From Alphaproteobacteria bacterium (GTDB taxonomy: Bacteria; Pseudomonadota; Alphaproteobacteria; Caulobacterales; Caulobacteraceae): DNA of 64,000 bases. This document shows, piece by piece, positions 1 through 11,774 of this stretch; positions within the stretch are counted from its first letter, which is position 1; each line of letters starts with the position of its first letter. The position numbers were made by a program, and so were the translations under genes. The notes under the pieces are model-generated. The model had not been told where the DNA came from. It searched no databases and saw nothing but the letters and a program-made list of their open reading frames with translations. The DNA is taken from positions 25,628 through 89,627 of the forward strand of contig JAHJOO010000056.1 in the NCBI GenBank assembly GCA_018820275.1. The letters are read 5' to 3'.

Positions 1-1824
1 CTGGCCCATGCCGCGCGGGCGCTGGCCGAGCGGGCGGAGCTGGAGGTCACCTACGGCTCCGACGGGCCCCGGCTGACCGCCGGCGGCCTGGTTCTGCCCC
101 ATCCGCCGCGCGATCCGTCGGGGCCGGAGGCGGCCAATGTGCGCGGCCAGGCCGACCGCATGGCCCTGCGGCTGGCCAATCACGACGAGGCCCTGCACGG
201 CCGGTCGCGGCCGTCCGATGCCCAGGCCGCCGAGGTCTATGACGCCCTGGCGCAGGCGCGGGTCGAGGGCGTGGGCGCGCGGGCGCTGGCCGGGGTGCGG
301 GCCAATCTGGACGCCGCCACCCTCACCCGGCTGGAGCGGACCGGGGTCCTGCGCGTCACCGACGCGGAGCGCGTCCCGGTCCACGAGGCCGTGGCCCTGA
401 TGGTGCGCGAGCGCCTGACCGGCACGCGCGCCCCGGACGGGGCGGGTGCCCTGCTGGACCTCGTGCGCGACGCGCTGGAGACGCGCGCGGGCAGGGAGCT
501 GGACGCCCTGGCGGACGCCGCCGACGATCAGGCCGTCTTCACCGACCGGATGAAGGCGGTGCTGCGCGCGCTGGACCTCGACCCCGGCGACGGGAAGGGC
601 GACGACGCCTCGGAAGACGCGGGCGACGACGAGCCGGACCCGCAGGACCCGGACGCGGCCGACGATCAGGACGAGGAAGACGAGGATCCCGGCGGCGGCG
701 ACGGCCAGTCGATGGAGGGCACGGCCGACGACGACCAGTCAGATCAGGAGCGCCAGTCCCGGCCGGACGGCAGCCCGGTCGAAAGCGACGGCGACGCCTC
801 GGACATGGGCGAGGAGATGCCCGACGCCCCGCCCCAGCGGTCGGGCAAGGGGGCCGACGGACCGGATCCCGCCGCCTATCGCGTCTTCACCACCGCCTTC
901 GACGAGACGATCGACGCGGCCGACCTGTGCGACGCGGTCGAGCTGGGGCGGCTGCGCGCGCTGCTGGACCAGCAGCTGGCGGCCCTGTCGTCGGTGGTCG
1001 CGCGTCTGGCCAACCGTCTGCAGCGCCGCCTGATGGCCCAGCAGAACCGCAGCTGGAGCTTCGATCTGGAAGAGGGCGTGCTGGATGCCGCGCGCCTGAG
1101 CCGGGTCATCGTCGACCCGACCAGCCCCCTGCTGTTCAAGGCCGAGAGCGACAGCCCCTTCCGCGACACGGTGGTGACCCTGCTGCTGGACAACTCCGGC
1201 TCGATGCGCGGGCGGCCGATCATGGTGGCGGCGGTCTGCGCCGACATCCTGGCGCGGACGCTGGAGCGCTGCGGCGTCAAGGTCGAGATCCTCGGCTTCA
1301 CCACCCGCGCCTGGAAGGGCGGCCAGTCGCGCGAGGCCTGGATCACGGCCGAAAAGCCCGCCAATCCCGGTCGTCTCAACGACCTCCGCCACATCATCTT
1401 CAAGGCCGCCGACGCGCCGTGGCGGCGGGCCAAGAAGAACCTGGGCCTGATGATGCGCGAAGGCCTGCTGAAGGAGAACATCGACGGCGAGGCGCTGCTG
1501 TGGGCGCACGACCGGCTGATGGCGCGCCCCGAGCAGCGGCGCATCCTGATGGTGATCTCGGACGGCTCGCCCGTCGATGACTCCACCCAGTCGGCCAACC
1601 AGCCGCTGTATCTGGACCGGCACCTGCGCGAGGTGATCGCCGAGATCGAGACCCGCTCGCCCGTCGAGCTGCTGGCCATCGGCATCGGGCACGATGTGAC
1701 CCGCTGGTACCGCCGTGCCGTGACCCTGGCCGACGTCGAGCAGCTGGGCGGGGCGATGGTTGAGAACCTGGCGGCGCTGTTCGAGGCGGAATCCCGGCCC
1801 GGCCGGAGGAAGCGCGCCGCCTAG
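1..1824 (+). CDS. cobT: Cobaltochelatase CobT-like protein with an acidic linker and a C-terminal vWA domain. The 5' end lies upstream of the window.
   Basis: Frame 1 is open from base 1. There is a long Asp/Glu-rich linker followed by a vWA/MIDAS-like motif ([11 protein letters not shown], later ISDGSPVDD), as in CobT. Confidence 0.8.
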   Translation: MAHAARALAERAELEVTYGSDGPRLTAGGLVLPHPPRDPSGPEAANVRGQADRMALRLANHDEALHGRSRPSDAQAAEVYDALAQARVEGVGARALAGVRANLDAATLTRLERTGVLRVTDAERVPVHEAVALMVRERLTGTRAPDGAGALLDLVRDALETRAGRELDALADAADDQAVFTDRMKAVLRALDLDPGDGKGDDASEDAGDDEPDPQDPDAADDQDEEDEDPGGGDGQSMEGTADDDQSDQERQSRPDGSPVESDGDASDMGEEMPDAPPQRSGKGADGPDPAAYRVFTTAFDETIDAADLCDAVELGRLRALLDQQLAALSSVVARLANRLQRRLMAQQNRSWSFDLEEGVLDAARLSRVIVDPTSPLLFKAESDSPFRDTVVTLLLDNSGSMRGRPIMVAAVCADILARTLERCGVKVEILGFTTRAWKGGQSREAWITAEKPANPGRLNDLRHIIFKAADAPWRRAKKNLGLMMREGLLKENIDGEALLWAHDRLMARPEQRRILMVISDGSPVDDSTQSANQPLYLDRHLREVIAEIETRSPVELLAIGIGHDVTRWYRRAVTLADVEQLGGAMVENLAALFEAESRPGRRKRAA

Positions 1825-2321
1825 CGCGTCACCGTGTCCAGATGCATCGGGGCCAGTTTCGCCAGGAAACGGTTCTGCACCCGGAAGGGGATGCCCTCGG
1901 CGCGCATGGCCGCCTGCAGGTGCTCCACCAGAACGGCGAAGTCCGTGGCCTGCAGGCCGATGTCGTCGTGGGCGTCGGCCATCGACCGGCCCGTGTAGAC
2001 GCAACCGCCGCCCAGGATGAAGCAGAACTGCTCCTTCAGCGTGCGGCGCAGGCGGACCATGTCGGTAGCGCGGAAGATGTCGGCCGTGCGCGGGTCGGCG
2101 GCGGAGCGGTCCAGCGTGCCGTCGACGATGCGACCCACGCCCTCGGCACCGCCGAAGGCGCGCCACATCTCGTCACCCTCGAAGGGCTCGGCACCGGCGT
2201 TGGCGGGGCCGACCTCATAGGGGTCGACCGCCTCCTCGCCCGCGCGGTGGTGCGGCACGTCCTGGGCCAGGGCCGGCAGGGCGAAGGCCGAGAGGGCCAG
2301 GGTGATCGCGAGAAGGCGCAT
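1821..2321 (-). CDS. Secreted group-1 truncated hemoglobin-like protein
   Basis: The N-terminus is a signal peptide ([19 protein letters not shown]). The globin-like core [22 protein letters not shown] matches the trHb pattern GG..Y.G..M...H. The ATG was chosen inside the longer GC-driven ORF. Confidence 0.6.
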   Translation of the reverse strand: MRLLAITLALSAFALPALAQDVPHHRAGEEAVDPYEVGPANAGAEPFEGDEMWRAFGGAEGVGRIVDGTLDRSAADPRTADIFRATDMVRLRRTLKEQFCFILGGGCVYTGRSMADAHDDIGLQATDFAVLVEHLQAAMRAEGIPFRVQNRFLAKLAPMHLDTVTR

Positions 2322-2323
2322 GG

Positions 2324-3205
2324 TCAGAATCCCGCTTGCAGCGACACGTACAGGCCGCGCTGGTCTTCGAAGGTGGCGATGGAGCCGAGGTCGACCCAGG
2401 CGGCCGTAACCGAGATGTGCTTGTTGATCGCCCAGGCGGCGTAGACGTCCATCCAGTCGTCCTCGCCCGCAAAGGACAGGTTGTCCGGCTTGGTCCGGTA
2501 CTCGGCACCGATCACCAGATTGGGACTGAGCAGATAGCCGATCGACCCCTCGAACTGGGCCGTGGCCTCCGGCTCGGCGTCGCCGCCGAAGCCCAGCAAG
2601 CCGGTCTGGTTGGCGTCGGTCCAGCGGACCGTGCCGGAGACCAGCAGGCTCTCGGCAAGAAACAGTTTGGTGGCCGCGACGTAGAGTTCGGTGCCCTCGT
2701 CGTCCTGCCCGCCGATCAGTCCGATGACGGCCCCCTGGTCCGCGACCTTGTGCTGCACGCCCACGGCGATCTGGGGCAACCAGGTGTCCTGATCGTAAAC
2801 CGCGTCTCCGGTCAGCCGGACTTTGAGGCCGTAGACGTCCTGACCGAAGGTGAAGCCGGCGCCGAGGCCCAGCAGGGCACCGGTACCGCCGGTGTCGAAC
2901 TCCTGTCGCGCCACCGACAGTTCCACCCGGTCCCACAGCCCGATGGCCGCGCCCCAGGTGCGGAACTCATAGTCGGGCAGGTCGACCCAGGTCGCATGCA
3001 CGTTCGCGCCGATCCCGTCGCGGTTCCCGTAGCCGGTCGTCGTCGCCCAGGTGGCCAGTCCGCCGCCGCCCGAACCCTCGATGGTCGAGACGCCGCCCGT
3101 CAGGAGCAGTTTGCCGCCCGGGCGCGTTTCCGGGATCCAGGACTGGGCCTCTGCGGTGCCCGCCGACACAAACAAGGCCGCCGCCGCCGCGAGCGTCTTC
3201 AGCAT
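2324..3205 (-). CDS. DUF3034-like outer-membrane beta-barrel protein
   Basis: It has a signal peptide (MLKTLAAAAALFVSAGTAEA), alternating beta-strand pattern and a C-terminal aromatic residue (QAGF). Confidence 0.6.
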   Translation of the reverse strand: MLKTLAAAAALFVSAGTAEAQSWIPETRPGGKLLLTGGVSTIEGSGGGGLATWATTTGYGNRDGIGANVHATWVDLPDYEFRTWGAAIGLWDRVELSVARQEFDTGGTGALLGLGAGFTFGQDVYGLKVRLTGDAVYDQDTWLPQIAVGVQHKVADQGAVIGLIGGQDDEGTELYVAATKLFLAESLLVSGTVRWTDANQTGLLGFGGDAEPEATAQFEGSIGYLLSPNLVIGAEYRTKPDNLSFAGEDDWMDVYAAWAINKHISVTAAWVDLGSIATFEDQRGLYVSLQAGF

Positions 3206-3378
3206 GGATGTTCCCCCGATCAGGCGAACCGAACATCGATCGATCATGCTTAAGAATCGCTTACTCAAGTCTCGGTCACATCTACTTAGGTAGACAATCA
3301 ATACGTGACGAGAATGGACAACCAGAACGTGGCGCAGGGTTTACTTCCATTTCATCTGGATCCTTTAGAGCTGTCAGC

Positions 3379-3996
3379 ATGCGCGCCCTTCTCGTCCTGA
3401 TTGCCCTCCTGCTGTCGTCGGCTCCGGCCCTCGCCGGCAATCTGGTCGTGTCGGTGCGCGATGCGGCCGGACGTCCGGTGCAGGACGCGGTGGTCACCCT
3501 GCATCCGGCGGCCGGCGTGCCCCGGGGGCCGATCCGCTTTCCCTGGGCGCTGCGGGTGGCCCAGCAGGACATCCAATTCCAGCCCTACGTCCTCATCGTG
3601 CCGGTGGGGGGCACTGTGGCCTTTCCGAACATGGATCGCGTCCGCCACCAGGTCTATTCATTCTCGCGTGGACAGAGGTTCGAGATCGAGCTCTACGGCC
3701 GCGACGAAAGCCGCAGCCACACCTTCCGGACGGTCGGGGTGGCCGCGATCGGCTGCAACATCCACGACCAGATGGTCGGCTACATCAAGGTCGTCGACAC
3801 CCCTTGGGCGGCGAAGTCGGGAGCGACCGGGAATGTGACGCTGACGAACGTCCCCGCGGGCGCCGCCACCATGCGCGTCTGGCATCCGCGCCTGAACGTG
3901 CGCGGCAATGAGAGCGCGGTGGCCGTCACCGTGCCGGCCGCGGGCGGGAGCCGGACCTTCAGTGGCGACTTCTCGGCCCGGGCCGCCGTCCGGTGA
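3379..3996 (+). CDS. Secreted cupredoxin-like protein, of the kind often annotated as methylamine utilization protein
   Basis: It has a signal peptide and the motif GGTVAFPNMDRVRHQVYSF. Its stop overlaps the GTG start of the next gene (GTGA). Confidence 0.6.
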   Translation: MRALLVLIALLLSSAPALAGNLVVSVRDAAGRPVQDAVVTLHPAAGVPRGPIRFPWALRVAQQDIQFQPYVLIVPVGGTVAFPNMDRVRHQVYSFSRGQRFEIELYGRDESRSHTFRTVGVAAIGCNIHDQMVGYIKVVDTPWAAKSGATGNVTLTNVPAGAATMRVWHPRLNVRGNESAVAVTVPAAGGSRTFSGDFSARAAVR

Positions 3997-6306
3997 TCCG
4001 TTTCCGCAGCCTGAGAACCCGACTGACGGTGGTCTTCGTGACCCTGTTCGCCGTGGCCCTCGCGGTCGTCGGCGTGGCCGTGACGATGGCCGTGGGCAAC
4101 GGCGCGAGGACTCTGGTCCGCAATGAGCTGGCCGCGACGGGTCAGGTCTACGAAGCGATCTGGAAGAGCCGCACCGATCAACTCAGACAGGGCGCGGGTG
4201 TTCTGGCCCGCGACTTCGGATTCCGCGAGGCGGTGGCCACGGCCGATGAGGCCACGGTCCGCTCGGCCCTGGACAATCTGAGGGCACGACAGGGCGTCGA
4301 TGGGGCCCTGATGATGGCCACCGACGGCTATGTGACGTCGACCGGCATCACGCTGGACGACGCGGCCGCGGACGCCCTGTGGACCGGGTTGAACAGCGAG
4401 ACGGAGGCCGGGGTTCTGACGGCCGGCGGTCGCCCCTTCCAGGCTGTGGCCGCGCCCATTCTGGCGCCGACGCTGATCGGCTGGGTGGTGTTCGTGGACC
4501 GGCTGGACGAGGCCGAGATGACCGGTCTGCAAGAACTGTCCGCCATCCCGCTCACCGCCGCAGTCCTGAGCCGCGACGGCGAAGTCTGGCGCGACGGGAT
4601 CGGCGTGGCGGCCGCAAGGCCGACCGCTGCGGCGGTCTCCGAGTCGCTGGAAGACCGGGACTCGGAGCCTGTGATCCACGCCTCGCCCGACGGCGAGATG
4701 ATGACCCTGGCCCGGGCCCTGCCCAGCTTCGACGCCGGACGTCCGGCGGCCCTTATGCTGACCTATCCGCTCAAGCTGGCCCTGCAGCCCTATGGCGGTC
4801 TGTTTCTCGTGCTGGCCCTGATCGGCGTGGCCGCCGCCGCTCTCCTGGCGGGCGGGGCGTGGGCGCTGTCGCGGTCGGTGACCCGGCCGATTTCCGACCT
4901 GGACCGGGCCGTTCACGCTCTGGAGCGCGGCGAGCACGCCGAGGTGCCGGTGACCACGGACGACGAGATCGGCCGCCTGGCCGCCGGCTTCAACGCCATG
5001 GTCGAGGGCCTGAAGGACCGCGAGGCCCGTCTGACGCATCTGGCCCTGCACGATCAGGAGACGGGCCTGGCCAACCGGCGCATGCTGGAGCGCGAAACCG
5101 CCCGGACGTCGCGGCCGTTGGTCGTCGTCGTGGGCGTGGACCGGTACGAGGTCGTCCGCAACGCGATCGGCCATGACGCCATGGGTCAGCTGATCCAGGT
5201 CCTCGGGATGCGGCTGTCCGCCCTCGCCGGCGGCTCCAAGATCGCCCGCATCGGGGCGGACTCGCTGGGACTCGTCATGGACGGCGCCGACGTGGACGCC
5301 TTGGAGCCGACGGTGTTGCAACTGCTCGAGGCGGGAGCCGAGCCGGTGAGCGTGAACGGCGCGGCGGTGGACGTGGGCTTGACGATCGGCGTGGGCGACC
5401 GCGGGGGAACCGGCGCCCACATCGACTCCGCGATCGACCGCGCCGCCGTCGCGGTGGACCAGGCCCGGGCGGCGCGGAAGACCTGGCAGTGGTTCGACGA
5501 GGCCGCCTATGGCGACCCGGGCGACAACCTGTCGCTGATCAGCGAGCTGATGACCGCGCTGGCGCAGGGTCAGGTAACCCTCGCCTATCAGCCGAAGCAC
5601 GACTATCGCGCGCAGAAGATCACGGGCGTCGAGGCGCTGATGCGCTGGACCCATCCGCGTCGCGGCTTTGTGCCGCCGGATTTGTTCATCGGCATGGCCG
5701 AAGAGACTGGCCATATCCGTGCCCTGACGGAATGGGCCGTCTGCCGCGCGCTGGACGACCAGCGTAAACTGGCCGAGGCGGGTCACGATGTCGGTCAACC
5801 TGTCGGGCCGGCTGCTGTCGGACGAGAGCTTTGTCGACGTCGTGATGGCGGCCACGCGCGGGGCGTCGGGGCGCCTCTGTCTCGAGATCACCGAAACCGC
5901 CGTGATGCACGACTCCGAGGCGGCCCTGCGCATGATCTCGCGCTTCGCCGAAGCCGGGGTGTCGGTGTCGCTGGACGACTATGGTTCGGGCCTGTCGTCG
6001 CTGGCCTATCTGAAGCGGATCCAGGCCGACGAACTGAAGATCGACAAGGCCTTCGTCATGGGGCTGGACGAGTCTTCCCGCGACGCGCTGCTGGTCAAGT
6101 CGACCATCGATCTGGCCCATGGTCTGGGCATGAAGGTGACGGCCGAGGGCGTCGAGACCGGGTCGGCCCTGGCCCTGCTCCGCGGCATGGGTTGCGACAT
6201 GGCCCAGGGCTATTTCATCGGCCGCCCGGTCCCGCTGGCCGACCTGATCGCCAAGCTGGACGCAGATGCTGAGCCCGGCGACGGTGCGGCCAGCGCGGTC
6301 GCCTAG
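3993..6306 (+). pseudogene. Membrane sensor with HAMP, degenerate GGDEF and EAL domains. The reading frame is broken inside the EAL domain.
   Basis: Frame 0 encodes the TM/sensor region, HAMP, a GGDEF-like domain (GADSL instead of GGDEF) and the start of EAL (GVEALMRW) up to ...AEAGHD. The rest of EAL (SVNLSGRLL...EITETAV...DDYGSG...KIDKAF...AEGVET) continues in frame 1 from about 5788 to 6306. Confidence 0.7.
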
Positions 6307-7541
6307 GCGACCGCAACCGCCTTCATCGGCACGGCCGGGTCCGCCAGTTTCGCCACGTCCACGGCCTGACCCTTCTGGATCAGCATCCGGCCGCCCATGA
6401 ACTCGGCGGGGGCGTTGACCGCCTCCACGCAGACGAGGCGGTCGCCCCTCAGATGGAAGACGGCGAAGCCGCCGCCGGTCGTCTCCGGATCCACCTCGCC
6501 GCGGACCACGCGCGCGTCGGCGCCGGTCGGCAGTCCGGCGATCTGGATCTTCAGATCGTACTGGTCAGACCAGAACCACGGCACTTCCGCGAGCGGCGCA
6601 GGACGGCCCGTGATGGCGGCGGCGGCCTGCCGCGCCTGCTCCAGGGCGCTGGGCACGCTTTCCAGCCGCACCGCGTCCAATCCGAGGATCGGCACGGGGC
6701 GGCGGGTCATGTCGCCGATGGCGAAGACCGCGGGATCGCTGGTGCGGGCGTCGCCGTCGACGAGGATGCCGTCCTTGCAGACCAGCCCCGCCGCCTCGGC
6801 CAGCGCCGTCACCGGCCGCGCGCCGACCCCCACCAGACAGACGTCGAAGGGGAACGGCGCCGCGCCGTCGACGGTGACGACGGCCTCTCCGGTCGCCGGA
6901 TGCACCTGCACGCCCCGCACCGCGGCGCGCGGCAGGACCTCGACGCCCCGCCGGTGATGATAGGCCGCGAGGAAGATTCCGACGACGTCCGAGGCGACCC
7001 GCGACAGGGCGCGGCCCTCGCGCTCCAGGACCACGGCCTGCGCCCCCAACGCCCGGGCCGAGGCGGCCGCCTCCAGGCCGACGTAGCCGGCACCGATCAC
7101 GACCAGCCGGCGGTCCGGCCGCAGCGCCGCCTTCAGCGCCTCGGCATCGGCCATGTCGCGCAGGACCAGCACGCGCGGATCGTCCCAGCCGGGCCCCTCC
7201 AGCCGAAGCGCCTCGGCGCCCAGCGCCAGGATCAGATGGTCGTAGGTCTCCACTGCGCCGTCGGCGAAGGCGACGGTCTTCGCCGCGCGGTCGATCGCCG
7301 TGGCGGTCGCGCCGAGGCGCAGATCGATGGCCTGTTCGGCGTAGAAGCTCTCGGGGCGGAGCAGCAGCTCCGCCTCGCCCGCCTCGCCCTTCAGCCAAGC
7401 CTTCGAGAGCGGCGGCCGCTGGTACGGGGCGACCGGCTCCGTGCCCGCCAGCACGATCTCGCCCGCGAAGCCGTACTGCCTGAGGAAGGCGGCGGCCGAG
7501 CCGCCCGCATGTCCGGCACCGACGATCAGAACCCTGGTCAT
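6303..7541 (-). CDS. FAD/NAD(P)-dependent oxidoreductase of the ferredoxin (putidaredoxin/rubredoxin) reductase family
   Basis: It has an N-terminal Rossmann motif (VLIVGAGHAGG), a second dinucleotide motif (VVIGAGYVGLE) and the FAIGD motif. Confidence 0.8.
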   Translation of the reverse strand: MTRVLIVGAGHAGGSAAAFLRQYGFAGEIVLAGTEPVAPYQRPPLSKAWLKGEAGEAELLLRPESFYAEQAIDLRLGATATAIDRAAKTVAFADGAVETYDHLILALGAEALRLEGPGWDDPRVLVLRDMADAEALKAALRPDRRLVVIGAGYVGLEAAASARALGAQAVVLEREGRALSRVASDVVGIFLAAYHHRRGVEVLPRAAVRGVQVHPATGEAVVTVDGAAPFPFDVCLVGVGARPVTALAEAAGLVCKDGILVDGDARTSDPAVFAIGDMTRRPVPILGLDAVRLESVPSALEQARQAAAAITGRPAPLAEVPWFWSDQYDLKIQIAGLPTGADARVVRGEVDPETTGGGFAVFHLRGDRLVCVEAVNAPAEFMGGRMLIQKGQAVDVAKLADPAVPMKAVAVA

Positions 7542-7722
7542 GGTCCGCAGATAGGACGCCACGGCGCCGCTCGCCAAGCGGTTTGGGGCAACGGATGCGA
7601 CCACGCCACGTTGGTTTGAAGCGGGGTCGCCGTCACTTGCTGTTTCACCAACCGGCGAAAGCTTGGCGGGACGGCGGTCGGCGGCCTAACAGCGGATGGT
7701 TCATCGAAGGAAAGGAGCGTGC

Positions 7723-9174
7723 ATGGCGGCCCTGGTGCTGTTCGGCGGCGGCGGCGATCTGGCCATGCGGATGCTGCTGCCCTCGCTCTACTTCCTAGAG
7801 CACGACGGGCTGCTGCCCGACGGGCTGAAGATCATCGGTGCCGCCCGCTCCGAAGAGACGCCCGGCGAGTACGTCGCCAAGGTGAGGTCGTCGGTCGAGA
7901 GCAAGGCCGACGGCGCCTGGTCGGACGAGGTCTGGGCCCGGTTCGCCGCCCGGCTGGACTATCTGGCCGTGGACGCCACCTCGGCCGAGAGCCTGAAGCC
8001 GCTGAAGGACAAGGTCGGCCCGGGCGAGTGCACCAGCTTCCTCGCCGTCTCGCCCTCGCTGTACGCCCGCATCGTCACCGCCATGCGCGCCGCCGGCCTG
8101 GCCGAGGCCGACGACCGGGTGGTGCTGGAAAAGCCGGTCGGACGCGACCTGGAGACCTTCCGCGAGATCGACGACGCGGTGTCGGACGCCTTCTCGGAAC
8201 AGCAGGTGTTCCGCATCGACCACTATCTGGGCAAGGAGACGGTCCAGAACCTGGTCGCCCTGCGCTTCGGCAACACGGTGTTCGAGCCGCTGTGGAACAG
8301 CCAGAACATCGACCACGTCCAGATCACCGTGGGCGAGACCGTCGGCGTCGGCGACCGCTGGCCGTATTACGACGAATACGGCGCGCTGCGCGACATGCTG
8401 CAGAACCACATGCTGCAGCTGCTGTGTCTGGTCGCCATGGAGCCGCCCAGCGACCTGCAGCCGGACTCGGTGCGCAACGAGAAGGTGAAGGTGCTGCGCT
8501 CGCTGCGTCGCATCACACCGGAAGAGGCCGAGCGGGTCACCGTGCGCGGCCAGTACGTGGCGGGGACGAGCGAGGGCAAGCAGGTGCCCGGCTATGACGA
8601 CGAGCGGGGGCTGGATTCGGATACCGAGACCTTCGTCGCCGTGCGCGCCGACATCGACAACTGGCGCTGGGCGGGCGTGCCCTTCTTCATGCGCACCGGC
8701 AAGCGCCTGCCGGAGAAACGCACCGAGATCGTGATCCAGTTCAAGGAGGTGCCGCACAGCATCTTCGAGGGCGGTCGCGGCGTGATCCAGGCCAACAAGC
8801 TGGTGATCGAGCTGCAGCCCGAGGAGGACATCAGCCTGTCGGTGATGAACAAGCGTCCGGGGCTGGACCAGAAGATGCAGCTGCAGCCCATCCGCATGTC
8901 CCTGTCGTGGGGGCAGGAGGACAAGGACGCCCGGCCGCCGCGCCGGCGCATCGCCTATGAGCGGCTGCTGCTGGACGCGCTGAACGGCGACTCCACCCTG
9001 TTCGTGCGCCGCGACGAGGCCGAGCAGGCGTGGAAATGGGTCGACGAGGTGTCGGAGGCCTGGGCCGAGGGTCAGGTGAAGCCGATCGAATACGCCGCGG
9101 GAACGTGGGGCCCGCGCGAGGCGTCCTATCTGCTGGGCCGCACGGGCCGCAGCTGGAACGTCGGAAATGAGTGA
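7723..9174 (+). CDS. zwf: Glucose-6-phosphate 1-dehydrogenase
   Basis: Motifs LFGGGGDLAMR, RIDHYLGKE and EKVKVLR are present. An AAGGAG RBS lies 6 nt upstream of the ATG. Confidence 0.93.
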   Translation: MAALVLFGGGGDLAMRMLLPSLYFLEHDGLLPDGLKIIGAARSEETPGEYVAKVRSSVESKADGAWSDEVWARFAARLDYLAVDATSAESLKPLKDKVGPGECTSFLAVSPSLYARIVTAMRAAGLAEADDRVVLEKPVGRDLETFREIDDAVSDAFSEQQVFRIDHYLGKETVQNLVALRFGNTVFEPLWNSQNIDHVQITVGETVGVGDRWPYYDEYGALRDMLQNHMLQLLCLVAMEPPSDLQPDSVRNEKVKVLRSLRRITPEEAERVTVRGQYVAGTSEGKQVPGYDDERGLDSDTETFVAVRADIDNWRWAGVPFFMRTGKRLPEKRTEIVIQFKEVPHSIFEGGRGVIQANKLVIELQPEEDISLSVMNKRPGLDQKMQLQPIRMSLSWGQEDKDARPPRRRIAYERLLLDALNGDSTLFVRRDEAEQAWKWVDEVSEAWAEGQVKPIEYAAGTWGPREASYLLGRTGRSWNVGNE

Positions 9175-9877
9175 GATCGAGACCCTGCCCACCGCCGGGT
9201 CGTGGGCCGGTGCCTGCGCGGACCGGCTGACGGGCACCCTGGCCGAGGCGTTGGCCAACGGGGGCACGGCGACCTTCGCCGGGTCGGGTGGATCCACGCC
9301 CGCGCCGATCTATGCCCGCATGGCCAGGACGGATCTGGACTGGTCGCGCGTGACGACGACGCTGATCGACGAGCGCTATGTGCCGGAGGATCATCCGGAG
9401 TCGAACGCGGCCCTGCTGGGGACGACCCTGCTGATCGAGCGGGCGGCGGCGGCCGGCTTCGTGCCGCTGTTCCACGCCTCGGTGACCGTGGACCGCGCGG
9501 CGGCCGTGGCGACGCGGGAGCTGGCGGCCCGGACCGATCGTCTCGACGCCGTCCTTCTCGGCATGGGGGAGGATGGCCATATCTGTTCCATGTTTCCGCA
9601 CAGTCCCACGCTGAAAACCCTGCTGGCCCCCACGCTGAGGCCCGCGATCGTCGGCGTCCCGCCGGGCCGCGACGGCCTTGCCCCCAGCCGGGAACGGCTG
9701 TCGATGAACCTGCCGTGGCTGATGACCGCGCGCCGGGTGGTGCTGGCCATCACCGGCAAACAGAAGCGCGCCGTCTTCGAGCGCGACGCCGCGGCCGACC
9801 CGAAGATCACCCCGATCGCCGCGCTTCTGGCCGCGAACGTGCCGCTTGAGGTCCTGTGGACGGAGAGCGCGACATGA
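9167..9877 (+). CDS. pgl: 6-phosphogluconolactonase
   Basis: Motifs GSGGSTP and LLGMGEDGH are present. It overlaps the zwf stop and the edd start. Confidence 0.88.
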   Translation: MSEIETLPTAGSWAGACADRLTGTLAEALANGGTATFAGSGGSTPAPIYARMARTDLDWSRVTTTLIDERYVPEDHPESNAALLGTTLLIERAAAAGFVPLFHASVTVDRAAAVATRELAARTDRLDAVLLGMGEDGHICSMFPHSPTLKTLLAPTLRPAIVGVPPGRDGLAPSRERLSMNLPWLMTARRVVLAITGKQKRAVFERDAAADPKITPIAALLAANVPLEVLWTESAT

Positions 9878-11766
9878 AGCCCCTGAACCCCGTCCTCGCC
9901 GAGGTCACCGACCGCATCCGCGCGCGCAGCGCCGCCACGCGCGCCGACTATCTGCGCCGCATGGACGCCGCGTCGGGGCACGAGCCCGGCCGGGCCAAGC
10001 TGTCCTGCGCCAACTGGGCCCACGCCTTCGCGGGCCAGACGATCGCCGACAAGCTGACCATGATGGGCGGCAAGGCCCCCAATCTGGGCGTGGTCACCGC
10101 CTACAACGACATGCTGTCGGCGCATCAGCCGTTCGAACGCTTCCCGGCCGTCATCCGCGAGGCGGCCCGCCAGATGGGCGCGACCGCCCAGGTCGCCGGC
10201 GGCACGCCCGCCATGTGCGACGGCGTCACCCAGGGCCGCCCGGGCATGGAGCTGTCCCTGTTCAGCCGCGACGTCATCGCCATGTCGACCGGCGTGGCCC
10301 TGACCCACGACGCCTTCGACGCCGCCCTGATGCTGGGCGTGTGCGACAAGATCGTGCCGGGCCTGTTCATGGGCGCGCTGGCGTTCGGCCACCTGCCCGT
10401 CGTCTTCGCCCCGGCCGGCCCCATGCCGTCGGGCATTCCCAATGCGGAGAAGGCCCGCGTCCGCGCCGAATACGCGCAGGGCAAGGTCGACCGTCGGACC
10501 CTGCTGGAGAGCGAGGTCGGCAGCTATCATTCGCCCGGCACCTGCACCTTCTACGGCACGGCCAACTCCAACCAGATGATGATGGAGATGGCGGGGCTGC
10601 ACATGCCCTCGACCGCCTTCGTCCACCCGGAGACCGGTCTGCGCGATGCCCTGACCGCGGCCGCCGCGAAGCAGGCGATCACCCTGGCCGCCGAAAAGCG
10701 CGGCCGCATGGCCGACGTGGTCGACGAGCGCACGATCGTGAACATGATCGTGGCCCTTCTGGCCACCGGCGGCTCGACCAACCACGCCATCCATCTGGTG
10801 GCCATGGCGCGGTCGGCCGGCGTGCTGATCGACTGGACCGACATGGACCGGCTGAGTTCGGTCACGCCGCTGCTGGCGCGGGTCTATCCCAACGGCTCGG
10901 CCGACGTGAACGCCTTCCAGGCGGCCGGCGGCGTCGCCTTCGTCATGCGCGAGCTGGCGGAGAACGGCCACATGCACGCCGACGTGACGACCATCATGGG
11001 CGACGGCGTCGAGGCCTATTTCAGGGAACCGACGCTGCAGGACGGCGAACTGGTCTGGGTCGACGGCGTCCGGGAAAGTCTGGACCGGGACATCCTGCGC
11101 CCCGTCTCCGATCCCTTCCAGGCCGACGGCGGCCTGCGGCTGGTCCAGGGCGACTTGGGCCGGGCGGTGATCAAGGTCTCGGCCGTGAAGCCGGAGCACC
11201 GCATCATCGAGGCGCCCGCCGCCGTGTTCGAGAGCCAGGAGGAGGCGCTGCAGGCCTTCAAGGACGGCAAGCTGGACCGCGACGTAGTTGTCGTGCTGCG
11301 TTTCCAGGGGCCGCGCGCCAACGGCATGCCCGAACTGCACAGCCTGTCGCCCGCTCTTTCGGTGCTTCAGGACAGGGGCTTCAAGGTCGCCTTCGTCACC
11401 GACGGCCGCATGTCCGGCGCGTCGGGCAAGACGCCCGCGGCCATCCACGTCTCGCCCGAGGCCCTGGCCGGCGGGCCGCTGGCCCACGTGCGCGACGGCG
11501 ACGTGATCCGGCTGGACGCCGTGGCGGGGACCCTCTCGACCGTGGGCGCCGGCGATCTGCTGACCCGGCCCGCGGCGCTGCGCTCGGAAGAGCACGCCGC
11601 CGGTTCGGCCTGGGGTTATGGCCGCGAGCTGTTCGGGGCCTTCCGCCACGTCGTCTCGACCGCCGAGGAGGGGGCCTCGGTCTGTTTCGCCGCCCCCACC
11701 CGGTCGCCCCGGCACGAGGACGTGCCCCCCGACCCCAACGTCGTCGACCGCACCGTGGACGCCTAG
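9874..11766 (+). CDS. edd: Phosphogluconate dehydratase (Entner-Doudoroff pathway)
   Basis: It is an IlvD/Edd family protein ([24 protein letters not shown]). The start is an ATGA overlap with pgl. Confidence 0.93.
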   Translation: MKPLNPVLAEVTDRIRARSAATRADYLRRMDAASGHEPGRAKLSCANWAHAFAGQTIADKLTMMGGKAPNLGVVTAYNDMLSAHQPFERFPAVIREAARQMGATAQVAGGTPAMCDGVTQGRPGMELSLFSRDVIAMSTGVALTHDAFDAALMLGVCDKIVPGLFMGALAFGHLPVVFAPAGPMPSGIPNAEKARVRAEYAQGKVDRRTLLESEVGSYHSPGTCTFYGTANSNQMMMEMAGLHMPSTAFVHPETGLRDALTAAAAKQAITLAAEKRGRMADVVDERTIVNMIVALLATGGSTNHAIHLVAMARSAGVLIDWTDMDRLSSVTPLLARVYPNGSADVNAFQAAGGVAFVMRELAENGHMHADVTTIMGDGVEAYFREPTLQDGELVWVDGVRESLDRDILRPVSDPFQADGGLRLVQGDLGRAVIKVSAVKPEHRIIEAPAAVFESQEEALQAFKDGKLDRDVVVVLRFQGPRANGMPELHSLSPALSVLQDRGFKVAFVTDGRMSGASGKTPAAIHVSPEALAGGPLAHVRDGDVIRLDAVAGTLSTVGAGDLLTRPAALRSEEHAAGSAWGYGRELFGAFRHVVSTAEEGASVCFAAPTRSPRHEDVPPDPNVVDRTVDA

Positions 11767-11774
11767 GAGAGAGC

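Noticed and set aside
739-2166. Long antisense or alternative-frame ORFs throughout the core region, for example 739-2166(-), 3780-5933(-), 9391-11715(-), 27250-29652(-) and 12757-13986(-).
   Set aside because: Their Arg/Gly/Pro/Ala-rich translations have no motifs. They are shadows of clearly recognisable genes on the other strand or frame, which is typical of stop-codon-poor high-GC DNA.
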